Part shown: positions 37,413 through 50,362 of the stretch, in pieces
How the letters are laid out: each line of letters opens with the position of its first letter
Numbering within the stretch: position 1 is the first letter of the stretch
Assembly: GCA_002269645.1 (NCBI GenBank)
Contig: NIVC01000362.1
Location: 558,001-622,000 of the forward strand
Origin: Macrostomum lignano
Taxonomy: Eukaryota
Reading direction: 5' to 3'
DNA length: 64,000 nucleotides
The notes under the pieces: generated by a model
What the model was told of the DNA's origin: nothing
The model's database searches: none
What the model saw: the letters and a program-made list of their open reading frames with translations, nothing else
Translations under genes and position numbers: made by a program

Positions 37413-39177
37413 CACCCCACAGAAATGTCTTCTTTTACTGAACTTCAGTTCCGTCATATAGAATAGCTTACACAGACGACTGTAAATAAGTTTTTAACAC
37501 ACAGAATCAACAGCCACATTGAGTTCTTTAGTCCCGTAGTAAATATGTATATACTACGCGCGTAAATACAATATTTTTGTTTTGTAAAATTATAATAAAA
37601 GGAAAATATATTATAGCTTCTCTAACCTTAATAAATAAAAACAGAAGTTCCCAAGCAATGCAAGCCCAGCCAGGTGTTTTTTTTCGGTTCGCTTTGTTTT
37701 CATTTCGCGTGGCAGCGATTTTCGTGGAATTCTGTTGTCCATTTACGCATCCAGGGGTGAGTCCGAGCTCCCGCCCGCCAAGCCTCTCCGTCCGGGTCCT
37801 TAAAACTTCTCAATAGCAATCCGGCCCGCTCAAGGTATGTCTATTCTCAGCTCTCTCCTCTCTTCTTTTATCTCTTCCTCTCTCTCTGCTCTCCTCTCTC
37901 TTCTCTTTCCCTCTCTTTGCTCTCACCTCTTCTCTCCTCTCATCTCTTCTCTATCCCTCTTTCTGCTCTGCTCTCTTCTCTTATCTCTCCCTCTCTCTGC
38001 TCTGCTCTCTTCTCTTATCTCTCCCTCTGCTCTGCTCTGCTCTCTTCTCTTATCTCTCCCTCTCTCTGCTCTGCTCTCACTTCTTCTCTCTCCCTCTCTC
38101 TGCTCTGCCCTCTTCTCTTATCTCTCCCTCTCTCTACTCTCCTCTCTCCCCTCTCTTCCCTCCTTTCTTCTCTTAACTCACCTCTCCTCTCCTCTCTCTC
38201 TCCTGACATGCAGTCATATGCCAGATTCTTGATCTGGCCCTTGAGGTAAAAATGTTAACCAAACCCTTGGTAAGTGTGCCTCAGCAAAAGCCACATAATC
38301 AGACTAAAATTGGGTGTGTGCTTGAGTCACTGACGTACTCCTGGCGACATATTTGTTAGTCAGTCTAGTTTTCTATGATAGATATGCATGGGAATTTGAG
38401 AGTACAATAAGCAATAAATAGCGACTGAAGTCTCCGCCTTAAACACCAACCCTGTCAGCTGCGAACAAAGGAACAAAACTAGTTCCCACGCGCTGGCTCA
38501 TTCCCCAATCCCCACACGTTGCGCTTCCAGATCTCTTCGTTCCAGGCTTCCCCCGTGTTCCCTCCCTCGTTGCTTCATTTTTATCTCATGATCATTTATT
38601 TACCTGCCCTGCTCTCCCATCCTTTGCTTTGCAGTTAGAATCAAGTGTTGAGAATTCAGTGTTCTACTCGTAGCTTTTCTCACTGTCATCCCTCTCTCCT
38701 CACTGTTCTCTCTCTCTCTCTCTCTCCCCCTCTCTCCTTCTTTAGCATTCCCTCTCTCTCCTGTCCTAGTCCTAGACAAGAAACCACAAGCAATAAAAAG
38801 TTTCTTAGCAGGAATTATTTGTTGGAAAACTGTTTTCCAAATAGCGCAGCTGACTTGCACTCGCATGAGTTTCTCCAAGCCAGGTGTTGTTCAGGGTTTT
38901 TTGTGTATTTATTTGCCAATTTAAAACAACAACAAAATAACATAAGTGAGCGTATTGCACTAAAAAAACTTAAAAAATTGCACATATATAGCAAGTGTGC
39001 TAGGAATTAGTTGAAGCTGAAAATGAATAGCGTAGACTTCAATTGAGACGGTTTCAGAGCTGAGCATGTATATTGCATTTCAGTAATTAAATATTGAATA
39101 TTTTACCCGCAACTGAAAGCAAAGCGGCAGATAGCTCGTACAAGACAAAGATGAAACTGAATTCCTGATGTTGTTCG

Positions 39178-40110
39178 TAACTGAGGATCTGGGAGGCTGG
39201 GCCAGCAACTGAGGATCTGGGAGGCTGGGCCAGCAACTGAGGATCTGGGAGGCTGGGCCAGCAACTGAGGATCTGGGAGGCTGGGCCAGCAACTGAGGAT
39301 CTGGGAGGCTGGGCCAGCAACTGAGGATCTGGGAGGCTGGGCCAGCAACTGAGGATCTGGGAGGCTGGGCCAGCAACTGAGGATCTGGGAGGCTGGGCCA
39401 GCAACTGAGGATCTGGGAGGCTGGGCCAGCAACTGAGGATCTGGGAGGCTGGGCCAGCAACTGAGGATCTGGGAGGCTGGGCCAGCAACTGAGGATCTGG
39501 GAGGCTGGGCCAGCAACTGAGGATCTGGGAGGCTGGGCCAGCAACTGAGGATCTGGGAGGCTGGGCCAGCAACTGAGGATCTGGGAGGCTGGGCCAGCAA
39601 CTGAGGATCTGGGAGGCTGGGCCAGCAACTGAGGATCTGGGAGGCTGGGCCAGCAACTGAGGATCTGGGAGGCTGGGCCAGCAACTGAGGATCTGGGAGG
39701 CTGGGCCAGCAACTGAGGATCTGGGAGGCTGGGCCAGCAACTGAGGATCTGGGAGGCTGGGCCAGCAACTGAGGATCTGGGAGGCTGGGCCAGCAACTGA
39801 GGATCTGGGAGGCTGGGCCAGCAACTGAGGATCTGGGAGGCTGGGCCAGCAACTGAGGATCTGGGAGGCTGGGCTAGCAACTGAGGATCTGGGAGGCTGG
39901 GCCAGCAACTGAGGATCTGGGAGGCTGGGCCAGCAACTGAGGATCTGGGAGGCTGGGCCAGCAACTGAGGATCTGGGAGGCTGGGCCAGCAACTGAGGAT
40001 CTGGGAGGCTGGGCCAGCAACTGAGGATCTGGGAGGCTGGGCCAGCAACTGAGGATCTGGGAGGCTGGCCTAGCAACTGACACTCTGGGAGGCTGGCCCA
40101 GCAACTGAGG
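39178..40110. repeat. 28-bp minisatellite (ctgaggatctgggaggctgggccagcaa); same family at ~31345-31570 and ~49585-50345
   Basis: About 30 essentially identical copies here; more variable copies at the other two sites. Confidence 0.97.
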
Positions 40111-40644
40111 CTCTGGGGAGCTTGGTTTTCCGCTCAAGTGATCCAGGTAATTCAGTTAAAGGCTTCTGATTTTGAAAAGCCTTTATAATATTTTTAGCAC
40201 GCTTTTAAACAACAAAGACCCATGAATTAAGAAGAATCATCATTTTATAATTAGGAGATTATAAGCTAAAAATATAATTGAGATTATAACACTGATAAAA
40301 AGATTGCATGTTATGCATTGATAAAGGAAGTGCAGAGCAAGCACCCACATACCCACTAGAGCGTACTAGCAGTAGCGAGTGCAATAAAATACTGCGTGAC
40401 CATATCGCGAGGCCAAATGCAGGGCTGATATTGCAACCAACAGATGAAAGAGTGTACAGAAGCAGAATAGCACAGATTTTTATTGGACAAATCGACACCA
40501 AAAATATCAATTTGAAAATGAAATCTTCGATTGATAAAGCGATTAAAATTAACTGACTTATAAACTGTAGGATAGGGACTTGCGCATGTACATGTGGAAC
40601 ACAGAAGACTATGCGCTCAAGTGAATTGAGCGAGGTCATAGACA

Positions 40645-41278
40645 ATGCGTTTGGGTGTACACAGACCCAGCACAACAGGTGTTTGGGTGTACACAGACCC
40701 CAGTACAGCAAGTGTTTGAGTGTACACAGACCCAAGTACAACAGGTTCTTGGGTGTACAACACAGACCCCAGTACAACAGGTGTTTGGGTGTACACAGCC
40801 CCAGTACAACAGGTGTTTGGGTGTACACAGACCCCAGTACAACAGGTGTTTGGGTGTACACAGACCCTAGTACAACAGGTGTTTGGGTGTACACAGACCC
40901 TAGTACAACAGGTGTTTGGGTGTACACAGACCCCAGTACAACAGGTGCTTGGGTGTACAACACAGACCCCAGTACAACAGGTGCTTGGGTGTACACAGAC
41001 CCCAGTACAACAGGTGTTTGGGTGTACACAGACCCCAGTACAACAGGTGTTTGGGTGTACACAGACCCCAGTACAACAGGTGTTTGGGTGTACACAGACC
41101 CAAGTACAACAGGTGTTTGGGTGTACACAGACCCCAGTACAACAGGTGTTTGGGTGTACACAGCCCCAGTACAACAGGTGTTTGGGTGTTCACAGCCCCA
41201 GTACAACAGGTGTTTGGGTGTTCACAGCCCCAGTACAACAGGTGTTTGGGTGTACACAGACCCCAGTACAACAGGTGT
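40645..41278. repeat. 33-bp minisatellite (ggtgtacacagaccccagtacaacaggtgtttg)
   Basis: Tandem copies downstream of the CHP1-like gene. Confidence 0.95.
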
Positions 41279-41381
41279 TTTGTAGGCACACTATACTCGT
41301 AAAGTGATAAAATTTTAGTCAAATCATTCAAACAAGCACCAGTATAGTTAATCATGGTTTCAGTTCGGAATCAACGCACTT

Positions 41382-42516
41382 CTAGAGGACGCACTGATTG
41401 AATGGAACGGACATCTTCTGTTCCACATCTAGGCCTTCCATTGCTTCTAAAAATTCTTTGTTCGTGATGCGATTATGCTTGTCTTTGTCCACCTCGGACA
41501 GGGCGCGGCAGGCGATTGATTGCACCTGCGGGATGCGGATTAGTTGGCGGATTGGCGAGGCTTCTCTAGGATTAACTCTGGGGAGTGGGGTTGGAGGGAT
41601 AGGGAGTGGGGTTGAAGGCATGGGGAGTGGGGTTGAAGGGATGGGGAGTGGGGTTGAAGGGATGGGGAGTGGGGTTGAAGGCATGGGGAGTGGGGTTGAA
41701 GGGATGGGGAGTGGGGTTGAAGGCATGGGAGTGGGGTTGAAGGGATGGGGAGTGGGGTTGAAGGCATGGGGAGTGGGGTTGAAGGCATGGGGAGTGGGGT
41801 TGAAGGGATGGGGAGTGGGGTTGAAGGCATGGGGAGTGGGGTTGAAGGGATGGGGAGTGGGGTTGAAGGGATGGGGAGTGGGGTTGAAGGCATGGGGAGT
41901 GGGGTTGAAGGCATGGGGAGTGGGGTTGAAGGGATGGGGAGTGGGGTTGAAGGCATGGGGAGTGGGGTTGAAGGCATGGGGAGTGGGGTTGAAGGCATGG
42001 GGAGTGGGGTTGAAGGCATGGGGAGTGGGGTTGAAGGCATGGAAAGTGTTTTACCTGTTCCAAAGGCAGACGATTGCCAACCAGCATCTGCAGCAGTGAG
42101 CAGAGCTCAAAGGCTGTTAAAAACTCATTGCCCTCAATAGCCAGCATTCGATAGACGAATTGCACTTTAGCCAGCCGGCTGTCGGAGTCCGTAGCCGGCC
42201 GAAATACGGCCACAGCTGAGCAGAACTCCGGAAAGGTGAGCGTGTCAGCCGAGCCGGGGAACATGGCGGCAACGATGCGCTCAGCAAGAGGATTCGAGCT
42301 GAGCTCGGGATCGCTCAGCAGCTGACGGCGGGACAGAAGTTTCGGCGCGTCGGCTGGCGGTGCGGCAGCTGAAGGCCGACCGTCGCAGGTGCGCAGGCAG
42401 AGCTGACAGTAGCGCTGGTGCAGCTGGCGGACATTGGAGGCAGACAGGCCTGTGCTGGACACGATCGAGGCCACGTCGTATTGGGCCAGCGGGGAATGAG
42501 AGTAGGAGCCGCCCAT
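41382..42516 (-). CDS. CHP1: Calcineurin B homologous protein (CHP1-like EF-hand protein)
   Basis: Exons 42516-42055 and 41525-41382. MGGSYS myristoylation motif; PELSSNPLAERIV (cf. PELAINPLGDRII), AVFRP, MLVG and DVEQKMS all match CHP1. Confidence 0.88.
41580..42042. repeat. 21-bp G-rich minisatellite (ggggagtggggttgaagggat)
   Basis: Fills the single CHP1-like intron. Confidence 0.95.
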
Positions 42517-42649
42517 GGCGCCGCTGCGGGGGGAGCGATTAATACTACTGAGTTAGCTGCGATTGGGCAGTAGTGTGATAAATAGTCTGCGGTAGCTATG
42601 ATCCAGTAGCTTGATAATGCGATAGGCTGATTTAATGAAGGGTATAGAT

Positions 42650-42951
<302 letters not shown>

Positions 42952-43219
42952 CCAGTCCATTTTATCCGCAAATATAGAAAACCAGGAAGTAAAAAATTAA
43001 ATTAAAAAGCCAGGAATGACACATGAATTCATCATTTACTGTATTGCATTTAAATGAAAAAAAATATTGCAATTCCTACGTCAATATGATGTAAGGCAAA
43101 GGTGCTAGCACCTGAGACAAACTATTTATAATACTAAATTAATTTGCAAATATGATTTTTAATTAAAATATGGTACATAATTATTGTGATATTTTAAACA
43201 ATTTACTAACAGTGCTCAT

Positions 43220-44155
43220 GCTCACAATCTCACCATTCCTTGTGTCTTATACACAAAATTCACTATTCCTAGAATCTCCTGCTCAAAATATCACCATTCC
43301 AAGAATCTCCTGCTCAAAACCTCACCATTCCAAGAATCTCCTGCTCAAAATCTCACCATTCCAAGAATCTCCTGCTCAAAATCCCACCATTCCTAGAATC
43401 TCCGGCTCAAAATCTCACCATTCCAAGAATCTCCTGCTCAAAATCTCACCATTCCAAGAATCTCCTGCTCAAAATCCCACCATTCCTAGAATCTCATTCT
43501 TAAAATCTCACCATTCCAAGAATCTCCTGCTCAAAATCTCACCATTCCAAGAATCTCCTGCTCAAAATCCCACCATTCCTAGAATCTCATGCTCAAAATC
43601 TCACCATTCCAAGAATCTCCTGCTCAAAATCTCACCATTCCAAGAATCTCCGGCTCAAAATCTCACCATTCCTAGAATCTCCTGCTCAAAATCTAACCAT
43701 TCCAAGAATCTCCGGCTCAAAATCTCACCATTCCTAGAATCTCCTGCTCAAAATCTAACCATTCCTAGAATCTCCTGCTCAAAATCTCACCATTCCTAGA
43801 ATCTCATGCTTAAAATCACACCATTCTTAGAGCCTCATGCTTAAAATCTCACCATTCCTAGAATCTCCTGCATAAAATCCCACCATTCTTAGAGCCTCAT
43901 GGTCAAAATCTCACTATTCCAAGAATCTCATGCTCAAAATCTCACTATTCCTAGAATCTCCTGCATAAAATCCCACCATTCTTAGAGCCTCATGGTCAAA
44001 ATCTCATGCTCAAAATCTCACTATTCCTAGAATCTCCTGCTCAAAATCTCACCATTCCTAGAATCTCCTGCTCAAAATCCCACCATTCTTAGAACCTCAT
44101 GGTCAAAATCTCACTATTCCAAGAATCTCATGCTCAAAATCTCACTATTCCTAGT
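43220..44155. repeat. 31-bp minisatellite (ccattccaagaatctcctgctcaaaatctca)
   Basis: Tandem copies downstream of the DERA stop. Confidence 0.93.
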
Positions 44156-44253
44156 CTCAGGCAAAAAATCGGCAAAAATCTCACAACTATTAGAGTCAAA
44201 ACGCTAAAAAGTTCAGCGTACTTAGCTACTCAAACTCATAACCAACTCAACTA

Positions 44254-47200
44254 TCAAGCCATCGGCAAATCCCCAGCAGTGGCGTCCCGGCCAATCAGCA
44301 AGCGAAACGCGGATTTCTCAATTTCGCCCAGCAGACTGCTGGCTCCGATCCTGAGCAGGTTTGGCTGCAGCCAGTCAGGCCCCAGAGCGAACTGCACCAG
44401 GTGCAAATAGTCCAGCGCGTCCGCCGCAGTCCGGATGCCGCCTGCCGGCTTGAACCCGACTCGCCGGCCGGTGCGAGCGTGAAATTCGCTGATGGCTCGG
44501 AGCATCACCAGCGACAGGGGCAGGGTGGCGTTCACCGACTCCTGGGGTGCGAGGGGCGTTGGGTCATTTGGTAGCTGATTATTTGTCATTTGATAGCTTA
44601 TGACCAGTTACTATTGGTAGCTTATGACCTGTCATTTGGTAGCTTAAGACCAGTTACTTTTGGTAGCTTATGATCTGTCATTTGTTAGCTTATGACCTGT
44701 CATTTGGTAGCTTATGACCAGTTACTATTGGTAGCTTATGACCTGTCATTTGGTAGCTTATGACCAGTTACTATTGGTAGCTTATGATCTGTCATTTGGT
44801 AGCTTATGACCAGTTACTATTGGTAGCTTATGATCTGTCATTTGGTAGCTTATGACCTGTCATTTGGTAGCTTATGACCTGTCATTTGGTAGCTTATGAC
44901 CTGTCATTTGGTAGCTTATGACCTGTCATTTGCTAGCTTATGACCAGTTACTATTGGTAGCTTATGATCTGTCATTTGGTAGCTTATGACCTGTCATTTG
45001 GTAGCTTATGACCTGTCATTTGGTAGCTTATGACCTGTCATTTGGTAGCTTATGACCTGTCATTTGGTAGCTTATGACCTGTCATTTGGTAGCTTATGAC
45101 CAGTTACTATTGGTAGCTTATGATCTGTAATCTGGTAGCTTAAGACCTGTCATTTGGTAGCTTATGACCAGTTACTATTGGTAGCTTATGATCTGTCATT
45201 TGGTAGCATATGACCTGTCATTTGGTAGCTTATGATCTGTCATTTCGTAGCTTATGACCAGTTACTATTGGTAGCTTATGATTATGACCTGTCATTTGGT
45301 AGCTTAAGACCAGTTACTATTGGTAGCTTATGATCTGTCATCTGGTAGCATATGACCAGTTACTATTGGTAGCTTATGATCTGTCATCTGGTAGCTTATG
45401 ACCAGTTACTATTGGTAGCTTATGACCTGTCATTTGGTAGCTTAAGACCAGTTACTATTGGTAGCTTATGATCTGTCATCTGGTAGCATATGACCAGTTA
45501 CTATTGGTAGCTTATGATCTGTCATCTGGTAGCTTATGACCTGTCATCTGGTAGCTTATGACCTGTCATCTGGTAGCTTATGACCAGTTACTATTGGTAG
45601 CTTATGATCTGTCATTTGGTAGCATATGACCAGTTACTATTGGTAGCTTATGACCTGTCATTTGGTAGCTTAAGACCAGTTACTATTGGTAGCTTATGAT
45701 CTGTCATCTGGTAGCATATGACCAGTTACTATTGGTAGCTTATGATCTGTCATCTGGTAGCTTATGACCAGTTACTATTGGTAGCTTATGACCTGTCATT
45801 TGGTAGCTTAAGACCAGTTACTATTGGTAGCTTATGATCTGTCATCTGGTAGCATATGACCAGTTACTATTGGTAGCTTATGATCTGTCATCTGGTAGCT
45901 TATGACCTGTCATCTGGTAGCTTATGACCTGTCATCTGGTAGCTTATGACCAGTTACTATTGGTAGCTTATGATCTGTCATTTGGTAGCATATGACCAGT
46001 TACTATTGGTAGCTTATGATCTGTCATTTCGTAGCTTATGACCAGTTACTATTGGTAGCTTATGATTATGACCTGTCATTTGGTAGCTTAAGACCAGTTA
46101 CTATTGGTAGCTTATGATCTGTCATCTGGTAGCATATGACCAGTTACTATTGGTAGCTTATGATCTGTCATCTGGTAGCTTATGACCAGTTACTATTGGT
46201 AGCTTATGACCTGTCATTTGGTAGCTTAAGACCAGTTACTATTGGTAGCTTATGATCTGTCATCTGGTAGCATATGACCAGTTACTATTGGTAGCTTATG
46301 ATCTGTCATCTGGTAGCTTATGACCTGTCATCTGGTAGCTTATGACCTGTCATCTGGTAGCTTATGACCAGTTACTATTGGTAGCTTATGATCTGTCATT
46401 TGGTAGCATATGACCAGTTACTATTGGTAGCTTATGATCTGTCATTTGGTAGCATATGACCAGTTACTATTGGTAGCTTATGATCTGTCATCTGGTAGCA
46501 TATGACCAGTTACTATTGGTAGCTTATGATCTGTCATCTGGTAGCATATGACCAGTTACTATTGGTAGCTTATGATCTGTCATTTGGTAGCATATGACCA
46601 GTTACTATTGGTAGCTTATGATCTGTCATTTGGTAGCATATGACCAGTTACTATTGGTAGCTTATGATCTGTCATCTGGTAGCATATGACCAGTTACTAT
46701 TGGTAGCTTATGATCTGTCATCTGGTAGCTTATGACCTGTCATCTGGTAGCTTATGACCAGTTACTATTGGTAGCTTATGATCTGTCATCTGGTAGCTTA
46801 TGACCTGTCATTTGGTAGCTTAAGACCAGTTACTATTGGTAGCTTATGATCTGTCATCTGGTAGCTTATGACCTGTCATTTGGTAGCTTAAGACCAGTTA
46901 CTATTGGTAGCTATGATCTGTCATTTGGTAGCTTATGACCAGTTACTATTGGTAGCTTATGATCTGTCATTTCGTAGCTTATGACCAGTTACTATTGGTA
47001 GCTTATGATCTGTCATTTCGTAGCTTATGACCAGTTACTACTGGTAGCTTATGATCTGTCATTTGGTAGCTTATTATCTGTCATTTGGTAGCTCTTGAGA
47101 GGTATCTATCTCTCGCCTGTCATTGGGTATTTTTCTGACACTCAATGAGTCAATTGAGTACTTTCTGACACTATGTTAGCTGGAGCTTAAGAATCAACTG

Positions 47201-48778
47201 AGAATTGAAAATAAAGCCAATAGAACCAAACAAACCTTTCCCGTGCTGGTCTTAATAAAATCGGCCCCAGCGTACATGCAGACCAAGCTGGCCTTGTACA
47301 CAGTCTCGTAGGCGGCCAGCTCCCCAACGCCCAGTATAGTTTTTAGGCAGACAGAGGGTCCGCAGGCCTCTCGCATCGCGCGCACCTCCTCGTAGACATC
47401 TGACCAGCGACCCTATTACAGGTAGGAGTAATTTGATTGTACAAATCATATTTTATACTGCAGTTAATTATCGTGAAAAATATTTGCCAGCCAGCTTACT
47501 TTTTAAATTAAGTAGCAAGCAAAGAAAACAGCAGCTATTTTACAAGAGAAAAGTCGATGTAAATAAAAGTACAAGCGGTGCAGACTTCAAATTTCCCCAA
47601 AGACGACTTCAGAACAATTAAAATTTGTGTGCGATTCTCAAAACTTAATATTCATCAGATTTCATAGCTCCCGATTTTCATATCCCCTTAACTTCACATT
47701 TCCCAATCTTTACATTCCCTGTCACATTCCCCAATCTTCCTCAATCTTCACATTTCTTAATCTTTACATTCTCCAATCCTCAAATTCCCCAATTTTCACA
47801 TTCCCTAATCTTGACATTCCCCAATCTTGACATTCCCCAATCTGCATATTGCCTAAGCTTCACATTCCCTAACCTTGACATTCCCCAATCTTTACATTCT
47901 CCAATCTGCGCATTCTCTAACTGTCACATTCCCCAATCTTCATCAATCTTCCTCAATCTTCACATTTCTTAATCTTTACATTCTCCAATCCTCAACTTCT
48001 CCAATTTTCACATTCCCTAATCTTGACATTCCCCAATCTGCATATTGCCTAATCTTCACATTCCCGAATCTTGACATTCCCCAATCTGCATATTGCCTAA
48101 TCTTCACATTCCCTAATCTTGACTTTCCCCAATCTTTACATTCTCCAATCTGCACATTCCCTAACTGTCAAATTTCCCAATCTTCATCAATCTTCCCCAA
48201 TCTTGACATTCCCCAATCCTTACATTCCTCAATCTGCTCACCTGCAGGGCCAGTGTCCGATTAATCACAATATCAACCTCATTAGCGCCCTGCTCAACAG
48301 CCCACCGGATCTCGGCCAGGCGACTCTCCAAGCCGTACTGGCCGCTAGGAAAGCCGGTAGCAACGCAGGCCAGCCGAATTCGGTTGGAGGCGCCGATCTG
48401 ATCCAGTGCAGACTTGGCCGCGGCAAGCTGGTAAGGATACAGGCACACAGCCGCAGTGTGCAGCTCATCTTTATCGATGCCGTGCTCAAACTCTAACTTG
48501 TCCAGCACAGCGAATGCGAAAGGTCGGCGAGCCTTGTGACACAGACGGACAACATTGCTGGGACAGTCGTCCCCGGCCAGTGTGGTCAAGTCTATTAAAC
48601 TGGCCGCTTTCAATAGCCAGCCAAGGCGATATAGTTTACCATCGTTACTACTGTTAGCGGTTTCACTGTCCAGTCGATAGCGCCTGGTACCCCAGCGACA
48701 GTGCTCAGCGAGACTGTTGGCGCTGATGCACACGCCGTCAAGCAGATGAGTAGGCAACGGTAGAGCCGTGTGCTTCGC
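44254..48778 (-). CDS. DERA: Deoxyribose-phosphate aldolase
   Basis: Exons 48778-48242, 47412-47236, 44541-44254 (phase-0 introns). Motifs IDLTTLAGDD, VATGFPSGQ, EVDIVINR, LKTIL, DFIKTSTGK|ESVNAT, GFKPAGGIR, RIGASSLL. No in-frame ATG after the acceptor at 48779-48780. Confidence 0.95.
44590..47090. repeat. 22/24-bp two-variant minisatellite (tggtagcttatgacctgtcatt / tggtagcttatgaccagttactat)
   Basis: 2.5-kb array with higher-order blocks filling DERA intron 2. Confidence 0.97.
47690..48232. repeat. Degenerate ~18-bp repeat (cacattccccaatctt)
   Basis: Fills DERA intron 1. Confidence 0.85.
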
Positions 48779-50362
48779 CTTTTTGTTTGAAAAAATTAAA
48801 AAATGTTGTACATTTCGTTATTAAACTACTGACATGACAATGAAAGTAGCATGATGCAGATATTCAATTTAGATTTTTTTACTGCTAGCTTTTCTATATT
48901 GTTACTGTCAGTAGAGTAGACTGAAAATGACCAGTTAAAAATAATTAACTACTTCAGCTACAGACTGCACTACTGGGTTGACACTGTTGAGTAGCATGGT
49001 GCAAATATATGACATTTATTGAGGTTACCTATACCATCCCTATTATGCTATTTTTTAAGGTATTGAATTGTAAAGCGAAGCCAAATCTCACAAAGTCTAT
49101 AGGATGTGGTAGGTAATTAGCAGATCTACAACCGTGTTCATAAAGATAAATGTTCTGGCAAAGTAATCAGACTTTTTTATTACACGGAAGCAAGAAATGA
49201 AGAAATGACACGCAAGTTATACTGATAATTATCAAAACTTTACAACTGACTCTCGTACTGGATCGCATTTAATAGGAGAATTGAAAGACTCAACGTCAGT
49301 AGTATGCATCGGTTTTTATTGCTACAGAATAGTGTGCGTGTGTTGTGTGTGTGTGAAAAATGCAAACAATTAACAGTTCAATTTCCACAAGAAATAAGCG
49401 GTAGGTCTTCAGTAATTTATATTGGCATCGTCAATCGCATACAACAGATATAATACTAGGCTGAAGTTACGCGTGCAAGAATAAAGTTTTTATTGACAAA
49501 AAGTTATTAAAAATATAAAAAATCATTGTGAAGCACTGCTTGCTTTAACACCTGTGGTAGAGGGAAGTGGGAAGGCGGCGATGGCCCAGCAACTGAGGAT
49601 ATGGGAGGCTGGTAAAGCAACTGAAGATCTGGGAGGCTGGCCCAGCAACTGACACTCTGGGAGGCTGGCCCAGTAACTGAGGATCTGGGAGGCTGGCCCA
49701 GCAACTGAGGATCTGGGAGGCTGGCCCAGCAACTGAGAATCTGGGAGGCTGGCCCAGCAACTGAGAATCTGGGAGGCTGGCCCAGCAACTGAGAATCTAG
49801 GAGGCTGGCCCAGCAACTGAGGATCTGGGAGGCTGGCCCAGCAACTGAGAATCTGGGAGGCTGGCCCAGCAACTGAGAATCTGGGAGGCTGGCCCAGCAG
49901 CAACTGAGATCTGGGAGGCTGGCTGGCCCAGCAACTGAGGATCTGGGAGGCTGGTAAAGCAACTGAGAATCTGGGAGGCTGGCCCAGCAACTGAGGATCT
50001 GGGAGGCTGGCCCAGTAACTGAGGATCTGGGAGGCTGGCCCAGCAACTGAGGATCTGGGAGGCTGGCCCAACAACTGGGGATCTGGGAGGCTGGCCCAGC
50101 AACTGACACTCTGGGAGGCTGGCCCAGCAACTGACACTCTGGGAGGCTGGCCCAGCAACTGAGGATCTGGGAGGCTGGCCCAACTGGGGATCTGGGAGGC
50201 TGGCCCAGCAACTGACACTCTGGGAGGCTGGCCCAGCAACTGACACTCTGGGAGGCTGGCCCAGCAACTGACACTCTGGGAGGCTGGCCCAGCAACTGAG
50301 GATCTGGGAGACTGGCCCAGCAACTGACACTCTGTTAGGCTGGCTCAGCCGCGACAACACTA

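Noticed and set aside
37600-40640. Exon-like blocks at 37.6-39.2 kb and a hydrophobic 126-aa minus-strand ORF at 40259-40639
   Set aside because: No coherent gene model or family match; may be UTR or non-coding. Would need RNA evidence.
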